DNA of 64,000 nt from Phaeosaccion multiseriatum. Its lineage: Eukaryota > Protista > Ochrophyta, other classes. The translations under genes were made by a program, and so were the position numbers. The stretch lies in assembly GCA_965112735.1 (NCBI GenBank), contig OZ218953.1, positions 3,596,001 through 3,660,000 on the forward strand. The letters run 5' to 3'. How positions within the stretch are numbered: position 1 is the stretch's first letter; the number at the start of each line of letters is the position of its first letter. The notes under the pieces are model-generated. The model was not told the origin of the DNA, did no database searches, and saw only the letters and a program-made list of their open reading frames with translations. This document shows positions 11,879-22,911 of the stretch, piece by piece.

Positions 11879-12413
11879 ACTCGCTGCTTCACTCCCTCAG
11901 CGCCCGACGGGAGCTAAGGCTGTCTTCTACCGCTTGAGAGCATTCTCAACGGGCAATGAGGCAGAAATGCGGTCATTGACGTCAACTGCCATCTCCCTTT
12001 CCAAACCAACGTTACAAGCAATTTTTTCTCATCTTCTTAAGGGCTGGCGAAAGCGCGCGCGCGCAACTCACATCCTATCCCCTCCCATACAGACGACGTC
12101 GTGCTTCTATTTCAGCAAACTCAGATTCTCCCGCGGCCTTGAGCCTTCTAAAGGAGGCATCCAGCTCGGCGATGCATTTTCGCGCCTTCCTTTTCCCCCT
12201 TTCCCCACACCCTCTCCAGCTGCGGTAGTACCACGACCAGTGCTTGGTCAGGCAGATGACTTTCACTGGAGATATCTTCTTCGGAAGGAGCTTACCCACA
12301 GCGGAGGCGAAGGCATAATTGGTGCTCTGTCTTCCAGTCTTGAGAGTTGTTTCCTGATCAGAAGCCATGCCTGGGCTTCGAGCCTACGCGGAGGAGAGGA
12401 GGGCTGTAGAGCG

Positions 12414-12945
12414 GATGAGGGTGGCCGCCGAGGAGTCTCGCGCACAGCGAGAAGCGGAAGCCAAAGCCGCGGCCGAAGCCCGGAAAGCTGCCAAAGCAGA
12501 GGAGGCCAGGCACGCCGCTGCGTTGAAGGAAGCAGCGCGAGCCAAGGAGGAAGCCGAGGCCGCTGCAAAGCTGATACGCAGGCAGGACTTGGAACTTCAG
12601 GTTGGGCTGATGCAGGACAGACACGAGGAAGTGTACCTCCGTCAGCGGCTGGAGGCAGAGGGGCAGCAGCGAAGCAAGAGGGTGATCGCAGACCGCTGGA
12701 CCAAAACCTTTGCTGGCCAGGCCGCGTATGCGCAGCGCTATGAGCGTACAAGAGAGCAGTTGCTAGCCTCGTGGACCCAACAGCGCTCGTCTATGACTCT
12801 CCGTGAGACACTTGCCGCCAGAGAAGCCGCCGAAGAAGCTGCCGAGGGAGAAGAGGAAGGGCAGAAGGAGGAAAGACGGGAGGGCAAGGATAGTGTAGGG
12901 AACCCGGCAGGAAGCCTGGAGGGAGGGAAGGCGGAGGACCATCAT

Positions 12946-12990
<45 letters not shown>

Positions 12991-15900
12991 GAGGAGGAGG
13001 AGGACGTCAACGCCCTTGATATCGGCGGCGAGGACGAATTGAGCCGTCTCGGGGCGCTAGTGCTCTTCGGATGGCTAGGCAAGTGGTACGAAGCGGTCTT
13101 GTCAACGCCATTGCACACTCAGCCCCAGGAGGGCAGCGTCCGCCTCACCTTGGTTGAAGGTGAGTGAGCAACGCAGAAATCGACGACACGAGAGGTCTGG
13201 ATGCAATCGCGTAGCGCACTACTCCCGACCCTTAGCATTCATCCCAGTACTGCGACTCCATTGCTGCCTGAGTCGAACCATTCCTGACGACCGTTCCTGA
13301 CGATGGCTACTCTCTGTTGGACCCACCTCTCCTCCCCCCTCCCCTCGCTGACCACTGACCCTGACCTCTATGGCCTTCCTGTGGCCCGCCCACAGGCGAT
13401 GGAGATGACGCGGTGTGTGCAGGAGTGGTGGGCCCGGGCGGCGGGGGGGGACGCAGGGGTTTCCGCTCGCTCACGGTCCAGCGCGACACCGCGGCCTTCT
13501 TCCGCATGAAGCACGCTATGCTTGACACGAGGCCCACCTTCCCGCGCTTGGAGGGGGGGGGACTCGAGAGAGAGTTCGACGCAGCAGTAGCGGGTGGTCG
13601 TGGGGGTAATGGTCATGGCGAGGACGGCAGTAGGACGTATGGCGGCGCTCCAGGACCACCACCTTCACCTCTCTCACCTCCGCCTTTCTCGCCCTCGGCT
13701 CTCTCGCCCTCGAGGGGCATGGCCTCTGCGGCGGGGCACCTCCCAAGGCCCGGGGGCTTTGTGCGCGTGCATCTGGTCGCCAGGGAGGAGCAGCTGCTGT
13801 GGCGGCGCCTGGGTGCGTATCCCGTGGGTAGGGTCGAGCAGTGCCATGTGGCGCAGGACACTGTCACGCTCACTGTCCTCAGCCTCGTCATGAGTGGCAG
13901 CAGCAGCAGTCATACGGGTAGTAGCAGCAGCAGCAGCAGTGAGCTCCAGGGGCAGGTCAGGGAGGGCACGGGCAGCGACTCTTCGGACACGCGAGGGAGG
14001 GACGCTTGGAGGGCAGGTGGAGAGCGTGGTCACAGGAGTGGCGGCGGTGGAAAAGAAGCTGGTGATGGTGATGGTGATGGTGATGGCAGCCACAATCAAT
14101 GGGAGCAGGAGGAGAGCGAGGAGGAGCACAAGGGGAAGGAGGAGCAGAAGGAGGAGAAGGAGGAGAAGGAGGGGGAGGACGAGGAGGAGAAGGACGGAGG
14201 TGGTGGGGGCGCTTTCCTTGTCACCGGCAGTAACCGCGTCGCGTACAGTGGGGGGGAGACGATGGTGCTCCACACCACGCGAATCAGCGCCATCTGTGCC
14301 GCCGAGTACCGCCGAGTAGAGGCCATCATCACGCGCTTCCGCTCGGAGAAGCTGCTGCGCCTTAGAAAGACTCTACTCCCCCTGCAGCCTCTCTTGTTAC
14401 AGCGCCACTCGGGGGTGGTCGATCACGAGCACGTGTCCGTGATGTTGTGGCTTCTCAGGGGCCGGAGGAGGAGGCGGCGCCGGAGAGGGAGGAGACACTG
14501 CTGCACCGGCGAGGGGCCAGGCGGGGGGAGGGGGAGGGCTCGACCACAGGTGGCCGCCGCCGCCGCAGCAGCAGCAGTTGGTGATACAGCAGCGGCGGTA
14601 CGGGGTGGTGCGTCGGAATGGGGGCCTTGGGAGTATGCAGGCAGTGGAGAGGACGAGTGTGCGGATACAGGCGACAGGGGCGTCAGCGGTGTAGAAGGTG
14701 ACAGGGGGGCACCCACACGGCTCGACGAGGAGGGGAAGGAAGAGGAGAGCAGAGAACAGACAGCAGCACAAGACGGGACGCAGCAAGAGGAGGGCCTTCG
14801 GGATGATGCGGTCAGTAGGGAAGAGGAGGAGGAAGGAGAGACGAAGGAAGATAAGGAGGAGGGGAGGGACGAGGAGGCGGAGGACGAGGAAGAGAAGGAA
14901 GAGGAGGAGGAGGAGGAGGAGGAGGAGGAGGAGGAGGAGGAGGAGGAGGAGGAGGAGGAGGAGGAGGAGGAGGAGGAGGAGGAGGAGGAGGAGGAGGAGG
15001 AGGAGGAGGAGGAGGTGGACATCATTCAGCTCAAGATTACCTTGTCTTCGGACCCTTCCGCCACGCTGGTCCTGCACCTCCGTGCTGCGGATGCGCTCTC
15101 CAGCGGTGGGCTGCGGGGCAAGGAGGTGCTTTGTCTGTCGCCCCGTCAGCGCCGCAGCCTGTGCCTGAGACTGTGCTCTCGTCTCGAAGTGAGGAACGGT
15201 GCTCTCCTGTTGGGACCTCTTCTCGAGGAGAAGGAGAAGGAAGAGGAGGAGGGAGAGGAGGAGGAGAACGAGGAGGAGCAGGAGAAGAAGGAGGAGGAGG
15301 AGAAGATGGTAGTGCATGGGGAGATGGCAGCTGACGGGGTGGTCCCCAAGGGGTGCCGATGGAGCCGCCTGTGGCGAGGCCGGGCCGCTCTGGAGGGCGT
15401 GACCGTGCGGGTGGAGGTCTATCGGGTGCCATCCCCGGGCACAGGGATACGCATCGAGGTGACCCAACAGAGCGAACAGAGCGGCGGGGAGGGGGGGGAG
15501 GAGGCCTCAGAGGCACTCACAGGCCCAGGGGGGCACAAAAGGGGCGAACCCTTCACGGCAGCAGGCGGCGTCCCCCCCCTCGGGGAGCATGTCTTCGCCT
15601 TCGAGCTGACGCCTGCCCACTGGAGGTGCCTGGCACGGCCGCGGCTGAACTGGATGACACCCGAGCAGCAGCGAAGCTTTGCAGCGAGGTGAGCGAACGG
15701 GCCGCGTGTCAGGCAGGCAAGCAGGGCAGGCAAGCACGTTCCTCTACCCGTGAAGCGTGGCTGCGCTCGAACGGAGGCATATGGGCATGCACGATGCCTC
15801 TTCCCCTGTGACTACCCTGTGACTCACTCCTCGTCTCTTCTCTCTCTGCCCTGCTCTTTGTGCCCTCTCTCCGCAGCCTTGCGTCGCATCTCTGTGCTCG

Positions 15901-18900
15901 AGATGGCAGTCCATGCATAGCACTGGGAGGGGCCTTGCACCGTCCGCAGGGCTTCCTCCCCGTCCCCTGCCATCCCCCCCTGAATCAGGATGATACTGGA
16001 CGACCAAAAACGAGGACTGGTCTTGACGGAGACGTTTCCTCACCGGCTGCTGCGGAAGCGACCTTCTGCGCCTATTGCCCACTGCTTCCCCCACCGGCAG
16101 ACACAGATGCTTCTACCACTTCCAGCCATGTGCGTCGTGCTCCTCCGCCCCCGAAGGGCCTGGCATTGGATGGCTCTTCGAAGGCGATGAGCAAGCGGCG
16201 GGCCGGGCTCTGCGCATGCAAGCGCATATATTCGACCTCGCTGCTGCCGCGGCTGCCGCTGCCCAGCGGCTCAGTGTCCAGCCCTGTTACCACTACTGAC
16301 AGCACCAGCAGCACCACCACTGGCCATAGGAGTAGTAGCAGGAGGAGGAGTAGGGGGGTCTCCGAAACGAGGTGGATAGTGAGCGTGGACCTCGATGAGG
16401 GCGACAAGGGGGCGCTCCTCCTCACGGCCTTGAGCATCAGGCAACGCACGCAGCAGGAGCGAGAGGAGGGGCTTCGGATGGAACAGGCGAGACAAGCAGC
16501 AGCAGCGACAGCAACGGCAGCAGGAGGAGGGCGAGGAGGAGGGTCCTCCCAGCGCCTTTTGGAGAACGATTGGCAGCGCGCGGCCCGAGAGAGGCAGCAG
16601 CGGCTTAAAGAACGTGTTAGCGTGCGGCGCAGAGCAAAGGTTTCGCAGGCCGAGTGGCACGGCTTGGGCTACGGGCCGCTGCAGTGGATGAGCCACGCGC
16701 AGAAGCGTCTGCTCGCGGAGGTGGCGTGCGAGTGGCTCCGAGCGGGCTTGGCGACGGAGCAGGAGGACGCAGGGCCGAATCAGGCTTCGGAGGAGGAGGA
16801 GGAGGAGGAGGAGGGCGAACAGCAGCGGCGACAAAACCGGAGCCTGCTGAGCCTGTCGCCGCTACCGCTGCAGCTACATCCGTGCTTGGCTTCCGGAAAG
16901 GTGAGGGAGGGGGCCGCGGAGACTGAAGGCAGCGACCTTGTGTGTTGTATCTCGGACCGCGGACACTCGCTGCGGGTGACGGTTCATCACATCGAGAGGG
17001 GCCCGGCCACACACAATGCGCTGGTGGTCGGGCACGAGGAGTGGGAGTCGGCCACAGGCTTCGGGCCCTTGCGCTGGCTGCCGGCAACACATAGGGCCTA
17101 CCTCGCATGGCGCGTGCTTCACAGGGTGGTTCTTCAGGTGGGTAGAGGCATATGGAGAGGCAGGGGCACTTGGAGGGAGGGAGTACCGTCTGTGGTTGGG
17201 GTCCGGCGCATCCATAAGTTGAACAAAGCCCTGAGACACAACACACTCCTTGATGCATGTGTCGTGAGGGGCTTCTGGAGAATCGTGGACTGCCGTCCAT
17301 CACCTCCGCAGCAACCCCAAAGTGACCCTCCTCCCCGCTCACTCCTCCTCCCCTCTTGCCTCTCTGTCGCTCTGCCCTACTGAACTCGCTTCCTTGGTCC
17401 AACAGGCGAAGAGCAGCAGCAGCCGCGAAGGAGCCGCGCAGAAGGTGCAGCTACACCTGCGGGCGGACGAGCCTATCCTTGTGTGGACGGGGCAGGTGCA
17501 CGCCCCTCGCTGCTCGGCGCACATCGAAGAGCAAGTAGTCGTGAAGGCCTTCGACACGGGCAGGGACATTCTGCTCAAGGTGAAGGACACCTACGGGGTT
17601 TCTGTGGCCGACGTGTGCGTGGGCTTCGACACGTGGGAAGAGCACATGCGCACCTCTGCCCACCGCGGATTCCCCTCGGTCCATTCACCACAGGTGAGGA
17701 GGAGGGAGAGAGAGGAGGAGAGAGGGAGAGAGGAAGATAGGGAAAGGAGGAGAGGCGGGTACTAACGGGCATGACTATGCTCAGGCCCCCGCTACTCTCT
17801 GCTCTGAGGGAAGAGAGAGGCAAGTGCCTGTCTGCCTGTCTGCTCTGCCTGCCTGCCCGCCCGCCCGCCCTGCTTGTGAGCATCCTGTCTCGAGCTCGTT
17901 GGGAAGTTGCCATTCTCTCTCGGGTCGCGAAAGCTGTTCCAGAGAGTGAAAAGAGTCATGTGGAAGGCATGTCGCGCCTCGCCTTGGCGCTCTCTGTGCG
18001 CCGCCGTGCCAGTCACTACTGAGCCAAAGAGACTCCTTTCCACACACTCACGTTACTCACGCACACACCGCCGCACCGCCTGTCACCACCCCTTCCTCTG
18101 TCCCGGCTCCTACCGGCGTACCTACCGGAGCAGATCGGCGCTCGCATGCACCGCTCGTTGCCCCGCCTCATCAGGAAAGGGTTCACCAGCGTGTCCGCCC
18201 GCTTCGTGGCCAGGAGGAACGCCGACGCGCTGGACTGGTTGGGCATTGACTTACCCAAATACGGAGAGGTGGTGATCCAAGACACAGCACCCACCCCCTT
18301 TAAGAGCTTCAGTCAGGCCATCGCGGAAGCGGCGCTGGGCCTGGACGGCACGGAGGGGGGCCGAAAGGACCCCGGGGTGGAGGCGCACAACCTTGCGCAG
18401 GACAAGGCCAAGCTGCGAACCGCAATGTTACTGAAAATGATCGAGACTTTCAAGAAGTACGTGCCTGCTCTTGGTGTACGCTGTTGGGTCTCTGAGGTTG
18501 GGTGTCTGCTAGTGGGCCACGCGTCGCCGCCATCCACGCACTCTACTCGAGGTTCTGTCTGCCTGGCTGTCTTTCTGTCTCTCTCTCTCTCTCTCTGTCC
18601 CCCACGTCTCCCAATGTCCCCATCTCACTCTTACGTCCTCCCCCGCCCGTCCGCCGCCGCCCCCTCCTCCTTCTCCTCCTTCTCCTCCGCCTCCTCCTCC
18701 TCCTCCTCCTCCTCCTCCTCCTCCTCCTCCTCCTCCTCCTCCTCCTCCTCCTCCTCCTCCTCCTCCTCCTCCTCCTCCTCCTCCTCCTCCTCCTCCTCCT
18801 CCTCCTCCTCCTCCTCCTCCTCCTCCTCCTCCTCCTCCTCCTCCTCCTCCTCCTCCTCCTCCTCCTCCTCCTCCTCCTCCTCCTCCTCCTCCTCCTCCTC

Positions 18901-20763
18901 CTCCTCCTCCTCCTCCTCCTCCTCCTCCTCCTCCTCCTCCTCCTCCTCCTCCTCCTCCTCCTCCTCCTCCTCCTCCTCCTCCTCCTCCTCCTCCTCCTCC
19001 TCCTCCTCCTCCTCCTCCTCCTCCTCCTCCTCCTCCTCCTCCTCCTCCTCCTCCTCCTCCTCCTCCTCCTCCTCCTCCTCCTCCTCCTCCTCCTCCTCCT
19101 CCTCCTCCTCCTCCTCCTCCTCCTCCTCCTCCTCCTCCTCCTCCTCCTCCTCCTCCTCCTCCTCCTCCTCCTCCTCCTCCTCCTCCTCCTCCTCCTCCTC
19201 CTCCTCCTCCTCCTCCTCCTCCTCCTCCTCCTCCTCCTCCTCCTCCTCCTCCTCCCCTCTGCCTCGAAAGGAATAAAGCTGCCGAGGGGGTGAGCTCCAC
19301 TCCTCCGAAAGAGGGAGACGCACCGGCGGATGGCAAGTACCACGCCGAGGGAGCACTCCAACCCCCGCCTAAGTCCCCAGCCCAGTCACAGGCCAAGCCT
19401 CAGCACCAGGCGCAGCTCCTTGCCCAACCCGACCCCTTGGAGGAGCTGCAGGCTCTTGAGCAGGTCAAGAGAGAGCTGAAGCACCAACTGCGCACCCAGT
19501 GTCGGTGCTGCGGAGAGACGAAGGGCAAGGGTCACGGCAAGAGGTGTGCGCACACAAAGCGCTTGTGTCAGCCCTGCCGAGTGGTGGACGTGGTGAGGGC
19601 TCGGCAGAGGCTGGTACTGGCTCCGACGGCGGGCGAGGTTGACGCGTTGTCCTCTACGGGTATGCAACAGTCGGGGCCGCGGCCGGAGCACGACGAGGGG
19701 AGCGACCACAACAGCGAAGACTACGGTGAGAGAGGCAGAGAGAGAGGGAGAGATGGACGTGGATGGGTATGGATGGGTAGGTATCTGCCTTCTGTGCGGG
19801 AGTGCGGGGTCGACAGGCGAGGACAAACGGTACCCCTTCTTGGCGCTCATGCATTTCCCGCCCCGTCTTTCTCCCCATGCACCACTGCCCTGCTGCCTCT
19901 TGCTGCCTCTACAGAGTGGGTGACGGACAGCGAAGGCGAGGAAAACCCCGTGTTCCAGTGCGATGTGTGTGCGCAGATGATCTCCGGGGAGGAGGAGGAC
20001 CGCTTCACCTGCCTCGACTGCGATGACTTCGACTTGTGCCAGGGATGCTTCATCACATACAAGGTGGGGTATGGAGACGGGTATGGAGTGTGGGGTATCC
20101 AGTGTGAGGGGGTATATGGGCGTGTGGAGTGTGGGGTATGAGGTATAGAGTATGGAGAAAAGGGCAAGGAGGGGGGGGGACGAGTGTGAGGGGTATGAGG
20201 GGAGGGGGGAAGAGGGATGGAGTACGGGGTGTGAGAGGGTATATGGGGTGTGGGGTATCCAGTGTGAGGGGGTATATGGGCGTTAGAGTGTGGGGTATGA
20301 GGTATGGAGTATGGAGTACGGGGTGTGAGAGGGTATATGGAGTGTGGGGTATCCAGTGTGAGGGGGTATATGGGCGTGTAGAGTGTGGGGTATGAGGTAT
20401 GGAGTATGGAGTACGTACGGGGTGTGGGGTTTGAAGAGTGTGGAGTGTGGGGTATGGGGTATGCCCTGCTGTAACTAACCAAGACGTCGTATTAATCTGT
20501 CAGCTTTTTTATGTCGTTTGTCGCCCCCCACCTCTCCGTCCATGCTTCCACCCCCCCGCCAGGCCCAAGAAAAGCAGGGCAAGTTTCAAACCCCCACAGG
20601 AGCGCCCCTCACTGCAACACAGAGGCCGCATACGCACCACAGCTCGCACAGGATGCAGCGCATTCAGGCCGGAGGGGCTCAGGCCGGCGCGGCGCTGGTC
20701 GAAACAGTCTCAGCCTCCCCTCTGCGAGAGCGTAGTGTCACCTCCGGGCTCGGCAAGGGTTAG
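12414..20763 (+). CDS. Large 8-exon protein: N-terminal coiled coil, repeated internal module, poly-Glu tracts, C-terminal ZZ-type zinc finger
   Basis: Approximate exons 12414-13159, 13396-15689, 15877-17137, 17406-17693, 18134-18457, 19271-19725, 19915-20063 and 20563-20763 join in phase through GT-AG introns. ZZ motif: CDVC..RFTCLDCDDFDLCQGC..HSSH. Confidence 0.75.
18660..19255. repeat. ~600-bp (CCT)n microsatellite in an intron, ending just before the acceptor
   Basis: Directly visible. The acceptor AG lies at ~19270. Confidence 0.97.
20065..20460. repeat. Intronic G/T-rich degenerate minisatellite
   Basis: Recurrent blocks gtgtggggtatccagtgtgagggggtatatgggcgt and gagtgtggggtatgaggtat, about 3 copies plus fragments. 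Confidence 0.85.
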
Positions 20764-21404
20764 GGTTAGGAGGTACGGGGGTAGTAGAGCCGTAGCAGTT
20801 GGTGATACGGCACCAGCAAGGCCGCGGAGAGGATGCTCGCCCACAGTCCAAACTCTTGGTTTGGTACTGTAGACAGTGGTGTATGACGCATGTCGTCGCA
20901 TGACTCTGCTCGAGAGCCTCGTGCCCAAATCGATAGACCAGCGTTCTTCGCTCTCACTTGCCTTCACGTTTATTCGTATGTGTTACCTGCGCGGTGGTGG
21001 CACAGTACACAATACGCGAGTATCAAAGACCTCTCAACTTCTCACGGCCTGGCGAACGACGGCGGCCCTGATTCACTCCCGCAATGGCCCCTGCCTGTAT
21101 CACGCCTTCCCTCTTGCTCTCAGCCTTGTGTGAGTTGGATTCGCCAGCGTGTCTCGGGGGGGGTGGGGGGGGCAAGGGCCAAGCCTTCGGCCCTTCGGCA
21201 GCTCCCGCGGCGCCCTCCCGAGAGAAAGAGCTAACCCCCCCCCCCCCCGCCCCTCCTCTCCCCACCCTCGGCCTTCTCCCCTGCGCAACGCCTCGCCTCC
21301 GCCTGCTTGCGCTCTTCGCCCCTGCTCGGCCCCGAGGGTGCTCGGCAGCATCGAAGGAGCGATGGCAAACTTTGCGGCCATCTCGGGGGCCCGCCAGTAG
21401 CCTC

Positions 21405-21457
<53 letters not shown>

Positions 21458-21923
21458 GTGAGAGAATGTGATACCGGGCCTCAGAGCCGACAAGCCCCCA
21501 CCAAGTAGTCCCCATCCGGTCGAACAGGAAGCATGGCCACAGGGTACACAGGTGCACAGTAGGTGCGGACCCCTTCTCGCTGCAGTAAAAAAAAGCGTCC
21601 CTTGGGTCTGCGAGCGATGCCTCGAGCGAGTCCTCCTTCGAGTCATAAATATGCCCATGCACATGGGTGGGTGCGAGGAGGGCAGCAGCAGCAGCAGCAG
21701 CAGCAGCGCGACAGTGTTGAATCTGGCAAGCGAGACGTCGAGACGGGCGCAAAGGCCACGCGTAGGCTACTCGCTCGAGCAGCTCAGCTGGCACATCAAT
21801 AGTCTGCTGTCAGTCGGGGTGCGTATCGCTGCGTCAAGGCAAGACAAGACGTGCTCCCTCTCACTCTCTTGGAGACTGACCCCAAGTATGGGCAAGAGGA
21901 GACGCCTGGCTGGACCCAATCAC

Positions 21924-22733
21924 TCAAAGTATGGGGTGAAACGCCTGGTCTCCCGTGTAATACACGATGCTCGTTCCGTCTAGACTGGCAATCATGGTGG
22001 AGACGGGCTGGATGAGTGTCCCTGCAGCAGCTTCTGCCTGCACGACGGGAGCCGCAGAAGCCACCGCTAGAGACGCAGCCATAGCTTGCGCCAGTTCCAG
22101 CGGCACTACATCCACGCCGGCATTCATCGGCACCATAGCAACATACACCCTGTTGATGCTCTGCGCGCACTCTGCTGCTGCCGCCGCCGCTGGTGCTGCC
22201 TCCGCCCCCTCAATCGCGCTCTGCCCTTGCCGGGGAGACGCGACGGGTGGGGGCACTGCCACAGGGAGAAACTTGTCGACCAGGACGCAGAAGCCTCGCG
22301 TCTCGCCACCAGACCTTCCGTGTCGAGGAGAAGGAAGGGCGAAGCTCAGGGGCACGCAGGTGGTGAGGCAGAAGTTGGGCTTGCTGCAAAGATCCAAGCA
22401 CAGCTGATGAAGAAGCGTCACATCCAGCCAGTGGTGCGGGCAGGGCCCCGCCGTACTCTCCTGCTGCTTCTCAACTGCAGCGGCGTCCGCGCCTACCAGC
22501 GCGGCGATGGAGGCCAGGGAGGCGGACAGAGAGGGAGGACCGAGCGGCTGCTGGGGCTTCCTGGGCTTCCGCTGCTTTTGCTTGTGCCGCGGCTTCTCCT
22601 CAGCCTTCTCCTCCGCCTTCTCCTCCGCCTTCTCCTCCACCCCCTCCTTCTTCTCCTCTACTTCCTTCTTCTCCTCCTCCCCCTTCGCCTTCTCCTCCTC
22701 CTCCGGTGGCGCAGCACTCTCGGCTGAGGCCAT
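21924..22733 (-). CDS. tRNA-splicing endonuclease subunit Sen15-like protein (single exon)
   Basis: LLHQLCLDLCSK and VAMVPM..VSTMIASLDGTSIVYYTGDQAFHP resemble the Sen15 pattern (LVYLDL..TLAIV.SDSTIVYY....F..P). The N-terminus is low-complexity Glu/Lys. Confidence 0.65.
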   Translation of the reverse strand: MASAESAAPPEEEEKAKGEEEKKEVEEKKEGVEEKAEEKAEEKAEEKPRHKQKQRKPRKPQQPLGPPSLSASLASIAALVGADAAAVEKQQESTAGPCPHHWLDVTLLHQLCLDLCSKPNFCLTTCVPLSFALPSPRHGRSGGETRGFCVLVDKFLPVAVPPPVASPRQGQSAIEGAEAAPAAAAAAECAQSINRVYVAMVPMNAGVDVVPLELAQAMAASLAVASAAPVVQAEAAAGTLIQPVSTMIASLDGTSIVYYTGDQAFHPIL

Positions 22734-22911
22734 GGATGTGGGTGGGGAAGGAGTCATCCCAAGCGATTCCCAAGCATACGGGCATTCGGTTACGGAAATA
22801 TCTTGCCATTCGATTCGTTTCACCTTGCAGCAAGACAAGGGGTAGCAAGAGCAGCAGCAGAAAAAATACGAACCAGAGCAAGGTAGAAAGCCTCAGCAAG
22901 CCATCGAGACT

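Noticed and set aside
18502-19396. Long poly-L/G/R/E/S ORFs
   Set aside because: These are artefacts of a stop-free (CCT)n tract inside an intron.
20757-20770. Telomere-like TTAGGG (also CCCTA at ~63195)
   Set aside because: Only 2-3 units, compatible with chance.
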